Shown here in pieces: positions 12,477 to 24,475 of a DNA stretch of 64,000 bases. The stretch's first letter is position 1. Every line of letters starts with the position of its first letter. Under the pieces are notes generated by a model. That model ran no database searches, had not been told where the DNA came from, and saw nothing but the letters and a program-made list of their open reading frames with translations. The DNA is from Paramoeba atlantica (Eukaryota; Protista; Discosea), in the NCBI GenBank assembly GCA_977017575.1, contig CDRNVI010000207.1, positions 3,984 through 67,983 on the forward strand, in the 5' to 3' direction. The translations under genes were made by a program, and so were the position numbers.

Positions 12477-12839
12477 GAAAACATGGTCATGTTTGAAGCA
12501 ATTGTCCATCTCAAAGATTGAAGAGTTCATCTGAGAAAATTTCATCTAAGAGAGTTTCATCTGAGAAAAGAGTGTCTTATGAGAAACAAACTTTATTACA
12601 AAAAGGGAAATGTTTTAACTGTTGAAAAACTGGACATATGATGAGAGATTGTCCTGAAAAGAAGTCAATGATTGATTTGGGGGGTGGAAACTCTCTGGTA
12701 GATTTGTCAAATTATTTGAAAGAAAAATCTAACTATGATTTGTTCTTGAGTGAGGCTGAACTTGCTTTTGAGAAATTTGATAGCAGTATTTCTATTTGTT
12801 CTCCACCTGATGATATGAAAGTTTATATTCCTGTAACCA

Positions 12840-15773
12840 CACAGGGGTGGGCTCAAGCTGCACTTGCAGTCAAGGCAATTTGTGGGTTTGAATCAGACTG
12901 CTGGAGAGGTTTCAACACCCTGAAAGTTAGCTGATGTTATTGCCCACCTTAACTCACAAACAGTCTCAACTTGACTTTCTTCCATTGTCCAAACTTTCAA
13001 CCATTAAAAAAAAAACCAAAAAAAACATTGATTGTTGAAAAAATAACTTCAACAGTTGAAAAAAAACAACAAAGATTTTGATTGTTAAAAAAAAACCAAG
13101 AAAAACATCAACCATCAAAAAAATAATTTCAACAGTCAAAAAAAAATAAAAAAAAATCAACCATTGAAGGTTTCTAAAAGGGAGGAATTTTCCTATTTTT
13201 TTTTTGAAAAATTCTGGGCCAGAGTTTTGGGTGAGGGTGAAATCCAAAGTTTTTTCGTTTTGAAATGAAAAAATTTCAAAAAATTCAAAAAATTTCAAAA
13301 AAAATAAATTTTTTATTTTGACTAAAAAAACAAAAATAAAAAGGAAGAGAATTCAATATTTTGAATTGATGAATGCCACTTAAGAGATCTTCATACCCAT
13401 CATTTTCTTCTACAGAACAAATGGGAAAAGGTGATAAAATCTTGTTTAGAAGAGGATGAAGAGGAGAAAGTTGGATTCTATGATTCATCAAATAATAAAC
13501 AATTAACAGAACAATAATTTACATCCCTGCACTTGAAGAAAAAGAAACAGTGGTTGCCTGAAAAGTGTGCACCAACCCAAAAAAAATCTCAATCAATCCT
13601 CTCAAATTCACTGTCTGGCAATCATCCTTTCAAAACAAACACATCAAGGAACTGAAAGAAAAAACAAAACAAAAAACAAAATAAAAAAACACAAAAGCAA
13701 ACACACACAAACAAAAACAAAACAAAAAAGAAATAAAAAAAAAACAATCAAACAAAAGAATAAACAAACAAAAGCAAACACACAAACAAAAACAAAACAA
13801 AAGAAAAACCAAAAAAAAACAATCAAACAAAAGAACAAACAAACAAAAACAAAAGAAAAACTGAAAGAACAGAACTGAACAGAAAAAATGAAAAAAAACA
13901 CGCTCCTCCCCCAAGTAAGGTGCCAAGTCTTTTCATTTTTTTCTTTTCAAAGAAAGACAGCAAGAAAAAAATCATAATATTTTTGTGTGACAGAGTTTTG
14001 TTTTTTTTTTTGCTTTTTCTGTTCACATTCACGTTCCCCTTCTTGGTTTTCTTGTTTTTTTTTTTTTTTCTGGTTAATTTGTTTTTTTTTTATTTTTAGT
14101 TGAATAAATTGTTATTTATGACTCTCTTGGGGGTTGTGGAGTTTCTGCTTTTGAGGTTTCTTTTTTTTTTCAATTTCTCCCCTCTCTCTCCCTTTCTCTT
14201 TTTTCCTTTCTTTTCAAACTGAAACACCTTTTTAGAAAATCAAAAAAATGTTCTCAAAATGGAAGAAACTGAAGAAAGCAACCTGTGTTGAGGTAATATG
14301 TAACAGCCAAGAGGTAATATCTCCAATCAAGAGGTAATATGTTCCAGCCAAGAGGTTTTTACATTTCTTTGATTGTTTTTCTTTCCATCTTATGAATGAA
14401 AAGCAAAATGCAACTGAGTGTGGAATTTTTTTATTAGCTTTTTTTTTTTTTCTTTTTGAGGCAGACTTTATTCAATTAGTAGTTCTTAATCTAAGCCATT
14501 TGAATTACATTAAATTATGTTTGTTTTTAACCTCTAACGAGAGGTGAAGTTTTAAACTTCAGCTTAGTTCAGTCAGTCTTTATGCTGAACTTTAGAACTT
14601 CTGCAAGTTCAGGCTGGAGGATGCACATCAGAAGGGAGAATAATCCAAAGTTCCTTCCAAGGGAATTTACCCTCAACTTTTTAGCAGACAGGGCTGAGAT
14701 GTAACCTGTTCCGATTTTCACACTTCTTCAAGAGCTCCTCACTTCAATCAAATCACTCTACAGCACCAGAAAAATTTTCTATAATATCGAAAAACTGGGA
14801 TTTGAATTCGCCCCCCTGGTGTTGGACATAGTCGAATTTACGACTAAACTACAGGCGCCAACCAAATTTTTATTATTAGCTTTTTGCTATTGTTTGCCTT
14901 TGAGATTCCACTCAAAAATTTTGTTTAAAACATGCACCATTCTTAGAAGGAAGGTATTTGTGGAGTTGATAACACAAAAGATTATTCCACCATAAACCTC
15001 CCTCCAGTTCAATTTCAGCAACCTTTTTATTTCCATTTTTCTCTTTTTTTTGTTTGAAAAAAAACTTTCATTTTCCATTTCAATCTCATTTTCAAAATTT
15101 TGAATTTTTTTTTCAAAACAAAAAAACTTTGAGTTTCACCCTCACCCAAAACTCTGGCCCAGAGTTTTGTGAAAAAAAAAAAAACATAAAAAAGTTGGTT
15201 TTTTCAGGTTTTTTAGAAACCCTCATTAAAAAAAAAGTGTTTTTTTTTTGTGTTTTTTTTCAACCACTGAAAAACAAAGCTGCCACTGGTTTTTCCTCTC
15301 CAGAACTGAAAGAAAGGTTGAAAAGAGTGTTTGAGAGTGAGTTTTGAGGTGTTTTTTGAAGAAAAAAAAAAGAATTTGTTTCTTTTTTCACTTTTTTATC
15401 ATCAAATGAATTTACAGTAAGAAATCTCTTTCTGTTTGGATCAATCAACAAAACAGGTTCTTTTTTTTCCTTCCACAACATCATTATCTTCAACTTCAAC
15501 ACCAATCTTTTCTTTCAAATCAAACAATTTAATCATCAAAAGAATAACAAATACACACTTTTTTTCCTTTTTCCTTTTCTTTTTTGTTTTATTTCTTTAA
15601 CCTTCACCATCCTCATTCAACCAAAAAACAAACAAATCAAAAGAGAGACCACAAGAGTGAACACATGAATATAACATCAGATTTTTTTTTTGAAGGCTCA
15701 AAAGGAATATCTAAAGTCACTTCAGCCCCAAAAAATGCCATGATTGCAAGTGCAGCTTGAGCTCACCCCTGTG
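12840..15773. mobile_element. Non-autonomous TIR DNA element (CACAGGGG...CCCCTGTG) with long imperfect terminal/subterminal inverted repeats
   Basis: ~55-bp TIRs (CACAGGGGTGGGCTCAAGCTGCACTTGCA...) at both ends. A second inverted pair at ~13213-13290 / ~15090-15165. No transposase ORF. It splits the gypsy-A protease. Confidence 0.8.
14439..14863 (-). mobile_element. SINE family A copy 2 (CpGs retained in head)
   Basis: Full-length reverse-complement copy with a poly-T tail on the plus strand. Flanked by an approximate duplication TTTTATTAGCTTTTT. Confidence 0.88.
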
Positions 15774-16719
15774 TGTGGGGTCAAGAAAAATCTCTGGATG
15801 TTTGGACAATTTTTAACCCAGTGATGATGATTTCATGTTGTAACTATAATTTATGGAAAGGTTTGGAGGGTGAAGTTGGAATAGGTAAAACTAGCATGAT
15901 GGGGATTGGGGGTAAATCATTTAATTTAATGAAATTTAAATGGGTTTACAGGTATACTCTTACCTATCAAGTGAAAATTAAAATCTGGAGGAATGTTATG
16001 TTGGGTGGAAATTGAATTGTACTCAATTGAGATGATGCTAAGGAATTAGGAGTCTCAGTTGAAGGTGTTCATTCAGTTTTTCCCTCTCAAAAAATAATTT
16101 CCTTTAGGGATGATCATGTTTGGTGTGAAGAGGAGGAAGTTTCTGTAGATGAGACCCAGTGAGAGAAAGAGAAGGTTGATATACTTCTTCAAAGTGTTGA
16201 AAGTGCTTTGAATGCAAATGCTAAGCTTCCAACAAGCAGTTTTTGTAATTTGATTAATTTAGAATTTCAAGTTGTTCTTAGAGATTCTAATCCTGTGTAT
16301 ACTCAACAGTATCCAATTCCCCAAGATATTCAGCCTGCAGTTCACCAAAGAATCAAAGAATGGGTGGACAATGGTTGGGTTAAGAAGTGGGATAAGAATT
16401 CAAAAAATGTTTGGAATTCTCCTCTCCTGGCAGTGCCAAAACAATTTGGTGGTGTGAATGAGGCTAATGATATAAGATTGTGTAATAATTTGTGAAAAGT
16501 TAATTCAAAATCAAAGGAACCAATTTATACTTTGCCAACACCTGTCAAAATGTTTAGAACAGTTGGTGGTGTGAAATTTTTCACTGAGATTGATTTGTTT
16601 AGTGCTTACCACCATATTAAAGTGGAGGAAGATAGTCAACCTCTGCTTGGTTTTGTCAATCCTCAAGGAATTCAGTATGTTTGGATGAGATTACCTTTTG
16701 GTCCCAAAGGTGTAGTTAC

Positions 16720-19700
16720 TGTCAAGTGGCAGGGTTTGGTGGAAGAAGATTGCTGAGAAAAGAAAAGAAAGATGCAAACTTCATTCCATGGCAAAAGCCA
16801 GGAACATGAAAAACAAAGTCTCTCACACGTTTATTTACAAACAGGTTTCAAGCACATATTTGTTAATGTGACACTAAGTACAAAAGCAGAGAAACACATA
16901 CAAATAAAAGCACACATAAGAGACACAAAGACACAACAAGTTTAAGGAAGGGAACAACAGATGATGTTGGCATAAATAAATTCACAGGTTGAAAAATCAG
17001 AATATGGAGAATAAACTATGCAATCAAATTGGGTCTGAAACAAGGCAAAGGTATTCTTAAAGGCACAATTCAATGATTGATCTATATCTCGGTGTGTAGT
17101 TGTCAGATTCAGATGGGACTAGCACCATTCGAAAGAGGAGGACAAGGCGCTTCAGGATAGCACAACTTGTGATCATAGAATTCACAAATGATGTTCTCCA
17201 CTAAGTCAAACATTCTTCAAACCAAGAATACTGATATTCTAACACTCCCTTTCATCATGAAGTTAATTCACAGAGCAACAGGGATGAATAAGATTATTCC
17301 AGTGAAGTGTAAACACATTGGGTCCAAGGGGTTTTGTAAAAATATTGGCAAGGTTATCTTTAGTGGGCACATAATCCAACTCAATCAGGCCATCTTGCAA
17401 TGCTTTTCTTGTGTAATGATCAAAGGCTTCAATTTGCTTAGTTCTTTGGTTTACACAGGGTATCTTTGCAATAGCCATCGCAGGTTCAGAATCAGATTGG
17501 AGCAAGAAAGGTCTTTTGTACAGGATGCACAACTCAGAGAGAATGTTATCAACAAATTTCAATTCACAGGATGCTTCAGCAAGGGCATGGTATTCAGATT
17601 CACAACTGAACCAACAAACTTGAGGAGATTTCTTGGAACACCAGGAAATGGGGGAACCATTCGCAAAAATAGCAAAACCATAAGATGAGGATCTGTCTTC
17701 TGTAACATCTTGATGGCTTAAGTCAGCTTGGGCAGAAATCACAAGTTTTTTAGTCTCAGATTTGGATTTGGGAAACACCAGTTCATAATCAGAATATTTG
17801 GCAAGATAACTGAGAATTCGCAGAGCAGCTTTGTCATAATCTTCAGTGTGGGTGTTCAAGAAGCAAAAGCATTGGGAAACAGCATATGAAATATCAGGGC
17901 AAGTTTTTGTCAACCAAATTAGAGAACCAACAAGACTTGCATAGGGAAAATCAGTAGGGGGTTCATCAGGCTTAGGCATAGGCAGAACTTTACTCATGGC
18001 AGGAGTATCACTCTTTCTTATTTTGTGGCAGTCAAAACTCTTCAATAAATTGTTGAGGAAGGCACACTGATTGAAAGAAATTTCTTTGTGATTTTGTTTC
18101 ACACCACAACCAAGGAACCAGGAGCATTTTCCACTAGGCTTTCACTTGAATCTTTCAATCAGTTTGGAGTAAATCTCTTCATAGAGCTTTGAACAAGTAC
18201 AAACATCCAAATTATCATCAACAACAGTTGGAAATAAACAGAAGTTTCTGTCAGGTTCAACACAAATGTAAAGATTGGAATCAGCAGTCAAACAATGGAA
18301 TTGCAACTCTTCAATAAGAAATTTTTGAAAAGTCAGATTCCAACATTGTTCAGCAATTGGCACACCATAGAGAGCTTTGTTCAATCAACAGAGATATTTG
18401 GGATGTTCAGGATCTTCAAAACCTTTAGGTTGAGTGACATAATAAACAATATCACCATCAAGAATGTCAACTTGGATATAGGCACTTGGGACATCTTCAG
18501 AATTCACATCAAGGGCAAACATAGCAGCAATAGTGAATGTCAAATTGAGAGATTCAGTGGTTGCAGTTCCAGCATAATTGTCTTCTTGGTCAAAATTGGG
18601 ATCTTTCACAAGACTATGTTTTACATGAGAACCATTTGCACAAAATCAAGCTTTGAACTTGGATATTACACCATTTTCAGTCTTAATTCAAAATCACCAC
18701 AGGCCTTGCATAATAATGTGTTTCTTTCCATCTTTGGGGAACTTCGGGGGAGGAGGCACCAATTCCCAAGTCTTATTTTCAATATGAGCATCATATTCTC
18801 TTTTGCAGACTTGTTTCCATTCTTCTTTTTCATTTGAGCAAGCAGCTTGCTTGTAGGATCAAGAGGTAACTTTGTCATTAACAACTTGGTCAGCATGGAA
18901 GGCATAGTCAAGGAAATCAAGATCTTTGTAACCACAGCCAGGTTCACCAAACATATTCCAAGGTATTTTCAGGGCACTGAATGCTTTTCCAATGGTGCTA
19001 TGTTGGTAGTCAGGGTCTTGGAAGCGAGCAGAGTGTCTTACTTCTTCAGCTGCATCATCAGATTCATTTGGTTCAGAGATGTTAATTTCATCATCAGGTT
19101 GAGATTGAGTAACAAGATTGAAATCAACTTCAGGATCAGTTTCAGAGTTGTATGTAGAGGAAGAGTAAGGAGATGCAGATTGGTCTGCAGGGTCATAAGG
19201 GTCAGGATCATGATCATCTGGTAGGTAATTGAACATTTCATAATTATTGAGGTCAATTGGCAATTTAGGTTCATTTTCATCAGCAGAGTCATAATCAGTT
19301 CCTTCACTTTCTTCATCCTTCATATCTAATTCTGTCATTTGAGGGAGAATTTCAGAATCAGGGGCTGCAGCAGCTTGAGCAGGATCAACAATTGGAGAAG
19401 AAGAGGAACTAGAAGAGGAGCAAGAGGAACAAGAGGAAGATGTAGGTGTGTAAGAACCATTGCTTTGAGTAAAATCAGGAGGAGGCATACTGAGAAGCAC
19501 CATTTCATCATCATTATCATCACTGTACACATCTGTACTGTGGGTTTTCTCATTCAAAGCAGTATGTTTTGAATGTAAGTTTACAGAAGCAGGAGTGGAA
19601 TGGCCTATTCTGTTCTCCCTTTCAACATCAACAGGGTAATCATCATCAATTACAATTTCAGCAGAATCATCAGGATTCTCATGTACACAATCCACAGGAT

Positions 19701-22700
19701 TTGTGTTTGTACTCAGAACATCATCACAGTCTGATAATTTCGAAAAATCAACAAATTTTTCATTCAAATAAGTGTCAAAATAGTGTGGAATATTCCCTCT
19801 ATCAATACGCTTTAACAGGTTTGAAACACCAAAGACATATTCATCAAATACCACACTTGAACTTTCAAAAATAATTTTCTTTACAGGGTCATACAAAATA
19901 TAATCATTAATTTTTTTTGAGGGGCCAAGATAGATTGCAGGGTGTGCTTTAGGCATCAGTTTGGTTCTGTTCTTTCAGGAAATGTGTGCAAAAGCATGGC
20001 AACCAAAAGGGCAAATCAACTCAATATTGGGTTTGTGACCATACAGCTTCTGGAAGGGGGAAATTTCTTCACCTTCTTTCACAATGTAGGAGCTCACAAC
20101 ACTTGCAAGTTTTTCAGCATAATTCCAAAATTGTTCAGGCAATCCAGCATGGATTCGAATCACTTGAGCAGTGTTCCATCAAGTCTCATTTGCATGTTCA
20201 GCAACACCATTTTCAGCAGAATCATCTCTACTAGAAAATCTAATATGAATTTCTTTTTCAGTGCAATATTGTCCAATTTTCATTGCAGAACTGACAAATT
20301 CCTGAGCGCCATCACATTGAATGATTTTGACCTTCACATCTAATTGTCTTTGAAGCTTTGCAATCAGGTTGATCAGCACTTTGCCAGCATCACTCTTTTT
20401 CTTGAGGAATTCAAATAAATCCATCTTAGAGTAGTCTTCAACAACTGAGAGAGAGTATTTGTTCTTCTGATAAGAAAGTATATTTTTCTCATGGTTGTCA
20501 ATGTGCAACATTTCACTGAGTTTTCGTTTTGTTCTCATACCAGGGGTATAACTCTTCTTTTTCACTTTGGCCAACTCACAAGCAGTACAAACATTTTAAT
20601 CCATTCTCAATCTGTGATATTGCAGGGGCAAATTGTCAACTGCACAAGCATTAATAGTCTTTTTCAAACCAGAAAAATGACACAATCTATTATACCAATA
20701 TTTCCATTCTTTCTCACAGGTAGGACAGAGGGTTCTACAGATTCTTTTCTTGTGGAGAGGTTGAGATGAAGAAGCATCCTCAGGAATTTCATTTTTTGGG
20801 TGAGTAACTTTTTCAGCAATATAAGATTGTTGATGGTTGGTTTGACTGGGTAAAGCCAAATAATACAAGCCATTGTTCTGTGGACCACTCAAAATCATCT
20901 GAGAATTGCTCAAATTGATCTTCTTTTTCATCACATGAATTTGGTCAGAATCCAAAACAACAGAAGCATCCCAAGTTTCACACATGTGAGCCACAGAGAG
21001 AAGATTCATTTCACAATTGGAGACTACAGAGACATCTTGAAGAGGCAGCAAATCAAGATGAATTGCCAAGTCACCTTGCATTGTAACAGGAATCAAATTG
21101 CCATTCACTTGCTTAATGCTTATGGTCATTGCAGGTGGAGTGTTTCTTGTTGTGAGATTTGGATCATTCACAATTGTGTTTGAACAAGCTGAATCAGCAA
21201 GAGCAGTTGCTTCATTTGATTGTTTTGCAACAAAAGCAGATTAAATCAAAGATTGAGAAGAAGAAACAAGAGCAGAAACACAACAGGAGTAAACAGGAAT
21301 ATTGATTTTATTCATTTTCATCTTTCAAGCATTGATCTTTTGAACAAAAGCATTGAAATTTGCCTTGGCTTGTTGTCCCACAGCATTTTGGTTTGCTGGG
21401 TTTGTGTTGCAACCTTTCACAATGTGACTGGTGGCACCACAATGAAAACAGGCTTTAGCAGGAGGGGTGGGAGGATCTTCCCATCCAGGGTAATTTTGAA
21501 ACTGGTTGCACGTTTGAAGAGAAGGAATTAGGGGACTATGGCAAGGAGGGCCATTTCCTTGTCTTCCTTGGTGAGGAGGGGCAACATTTCCTTGTTGATT
21601 AGGATTGGCAGCAGAGTTATTCTTCTTCCAAAAAGCAACATAAGCAGTGGTATTCTCCTTGGTCTTCAAGGCTTGTTTCTTCTTGTTGGTGCTGGAGCAA
21701 CTACCTTTGATTTGTTTCAACTCCAAGAAAGCACTCTCCACTGTCCACTCTCCCACTCTAAGCATTCCACTGCATCCATATTTTGAGAAAATGTGAATTT
21801 TAAAAATAAAGTTCAGGCCCATTTTTTTTGGTAGCAATCTGGTGTTTAAAGGTGTCATAAGCAACTTTTTGATGGTTGTTAAGGTGGTAATTTTATTTTT
21901 TTTTTTTAGATATTGGATTCACAAACCCAGCACCCATAATTTGAAATCCATTTTCATTTTTCAAAGACATATGATAATATGTCACTGCTCAAATACCAGC
22001 AACAGAGCCAGGATTGTGTTTCCAAATGTAACCCAACTCGGTAAGTCCAAAACTAGGTGTATTTTCCCATCCAAATCCTAAATAAAAGAGAAGAGAAAGC
22101 TCAATGTCTTTTTTGTCATGATGAAGAACTGTCCCACGAGCAATTGAGAGCCAGAATTCTTCAATCAAGCAGAAAATCTTTGTTGAAAGAGTCATTTGCT
22201 ATCCAGTTGCATCAAACTTTTTGTGAATGTCTTCAATGCATTCTCTCTGTTTATCAAATATTGGTGGGGGTGGGGAAGATGAAGATGTCTCTTTGATTGT
22301 TGAAGAAACCCATTTTTTGAAACATAACTCAAAGATCACATATCCTCCGAAAAGAGATTCCACAAATGGAACAATCATATCATTTGTTTGACCTGCTTGA
22401 ACATATTCCTGAATTGGATTCACTTGCTTTGCATGAATTCCCATCATTAACAAACACCATCCTCGACAATTTCTCTTTGTTTGATAATATAATAATAGAA
22501 TAAATATAAAACATTGGAGGATTGAGAGCTCATATACCTCCTCAGGAGATCCAACTGATTCCAACCAAAACATATCCTTCAAGCCACTCTCCAATTTAAA
22601 ATAAACATTTCCAGTCAATTCCTTCAATAAATTCTCATCTTTCAAAAGGTCTTGTTGGGTATTACACCTGGATTTGCCAATTTTTGATAAAAATCTTCAG

Positions 22701-23000
22701 TGGCACCAGGAAAATGGGCCTTCCAGCTCGAATCTGAGAGGTGATCTAATGGGATCCTGTTCACATCATCAAAGAGAATTGTTGTTGTTTGAGAATTTTG
22801 TTTTGGAACTTCAAAAGATTTAAAAAGAACTGGAACTAGCTTTGCTGGTTTGGTTTTAAAATAAGTTCTCATCAACGACAGTGCTTTCTCCCTGGTTTCC
22901 TTGTCAGAATAATGTGGTCATCCTGGTTTTGAATAATCCATCGGTTTTGAGAGTCCATGTGAACCACTCACTTTCTTTCGACTCATTCTTCCAACAATTT
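16720..23000 (-). mobile_element. Ty1/copia element 1 (gag-PR-IN-RT-RH, 3' LTR 16720-17244; 5' LTR not seen), frameshifted
   Basis: Domain order: zinc knuckle CFHCGATSHIVKGC (~21450), protease LADSACSNTIVND (~21190), GAG-pre-integrase WYNRLCH, integrase CDGAQEF/ENGVAEH (~20200-20500), RT KALYG/VVDD (~18200-18600), RNase H SPISWCSKKS..ESEYHAL (~17300-17700). PPT ATGAAAGGGAG lies directly before the LTR. The left end is exact; the right end is approximate. Confidence 0.9.
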
Positions 23001-23039
23001 CAGAAACCTGGATATTGTGTATGGAGTGGATTTAAAAAA

Positions 23040-23600
23040 AGATATTTATAAAAAAATGATAATAATAATAATAATAAAAAAGAGGAAGGAAAAAAAAGAG
23101 GAAGGAGAAAAAAGGAAAAAAGAGAAAAAAAAGGGAGAAAAAAAAGAGAGAAAAAAGAAAGAAAAAAAAAGGAAGAAAAAAGAAAGAAAAAAAAAGAAAG
23201 AAAAAAAGAAAAACAAGATGATCAAACAGAAACACAACCTTCTTTTCAAGCACTTCCCAAGACACTAAGCTCTTATTTGTTTTTACAAGTTCTCTTACAG
23301 TCCAAAAATGAAAACGATCAAATAATAAAGGTGAAGGAGGAGAGTAGAAACTATCCTCAGATGATGGCTCTGAAAGATAAACAGGAGGTAACAATAATGT
23401 TGAGAGAGGAAAAGGGTTTTTTGGTGATAATGTTCATGAAGAAGAAAAGAAAGAATCATGGGTAATTGATTGACAGAGCAAAACATCCATTTCTAATCTC
23501 CTTCTTTTCTTTCTTTCTGATTGAATTTGTTTTTTTCTTTTGAGATTGAATTTGGTGAGCATTTTGAAAAAAAGAATCAAAAATTTGAAAGAAAGGAAAG
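23040..23600 (+). repeat. Unclassified interspersed repeat C, copy 1 (A-rich tract plus ~350-bp body)
   Basis: Aligns with ~42880-43370 (GATCAAACAGAAACACAA...GAGATTGAAT). Confidence 0.7.
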
Positions 23601-24475
23601 AAAGTAGCAATTTTCATATTGGATTCTTTTCAGATTACTTTTTTTCTTTTTTTTTATTAGAAAAATACAGCCAAAACGATTTTGTTCAAGCACTTTGTTT
23701 TTTTTTTGTTTTTTTTTTGCTTTTTGTTTTTTGTTTTTTGTTTTTTGTTTTTTGTTTTTCTCAAATGTCTGAACAAACTGCTCACTCTGTTCAGACCTGA
23801 ACTCCTTCTTGAAAACTCTTTGAGGCAGATGAATCTTTCTTTAAAAGAGGAAACTCTGTTCCATATTGCTATATCTCTTTTGAACCCTCATCACATCAAA
23901 GCATAAACAAACCAAAAACTAAAAACCAAAAGAAAAACCAAAAAGAAAAGTGTCCTCCTTGTACTCTTTCTCTTTTGGAGAGTGATATTGCAAGCAAGTT
24001 TTCATGTGATACAATTGTTGATTCTGTTGTTATTGAGCTTGATCAGATTGCCTATGATCTTTTTTCAAAAATTCCCTTGACTGCTTGTAGTATGCAAATC
24101 TATCAAACAAAAGTTAATGCAGTTCTGTTTGAACTTCTCATCATCCCTCATCTTTTGAGAAGTGGTGGCAAACTTTCTCCTTGCAAGAAGTCAGTGCCAG
24201 TTTTTCTGATCCAATTTTATGAAACAAAAACTTTTGAACAAATTTTTTCAAGACTGGCATCAAAGGAACTCTTCAACCCAATGACGAAAAAATTCAAAAA
24301 TGGTCAAAAGATGTGAATTGTCACTCATAAAAAGTATCCAGTTGTATGGAAATTTTCTGCAAATCTTGGAACTCTTGCAGTTCATTTTTTTGTTCAAGAA
24401 TGGACAAAAGGAGGACTTCCAATTAATGATCTTTATATCTCAAATTAATAAATTTATTATTTCTTAAGATTGTAA

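Larger units (their letters stand above)
11100..16719 (+). mobile_element. Ty3/gypsy element A relic (gag-PR-RT), interrupted by three later insertions
   Basis: gag-like ORF 11390-11872 (MKQKPSERIKPF). Zinc knuckle CFNC*KTGHMMRDC at ~12610. Protease KVYIPVT|VGSRKISGCLD split by the TIR element. RT WNSPLLAVPK..DIRLC, FFTEIDLFSAYHHI, YVWMRLPFGP cut at 16719 by a copia LTR. Confidence 0.8.

Noticed and set aside
13567-14032. K/Q/T-rich and F/C/V-rich ORFs
   Set aside because: Translations of A-rich low-complexity and tandem tracts inside the TIR element. The same applies to 23017-23394 and 42837-43064.
14790-14863. tRNA gene in the SINE A/B heads
   Set aside because: A/B boxes are present but I cannot fold a cloverleaf with acceptor stem and anticodon arm; each head is fused to a SINE body with a poly-A tail and TSD.
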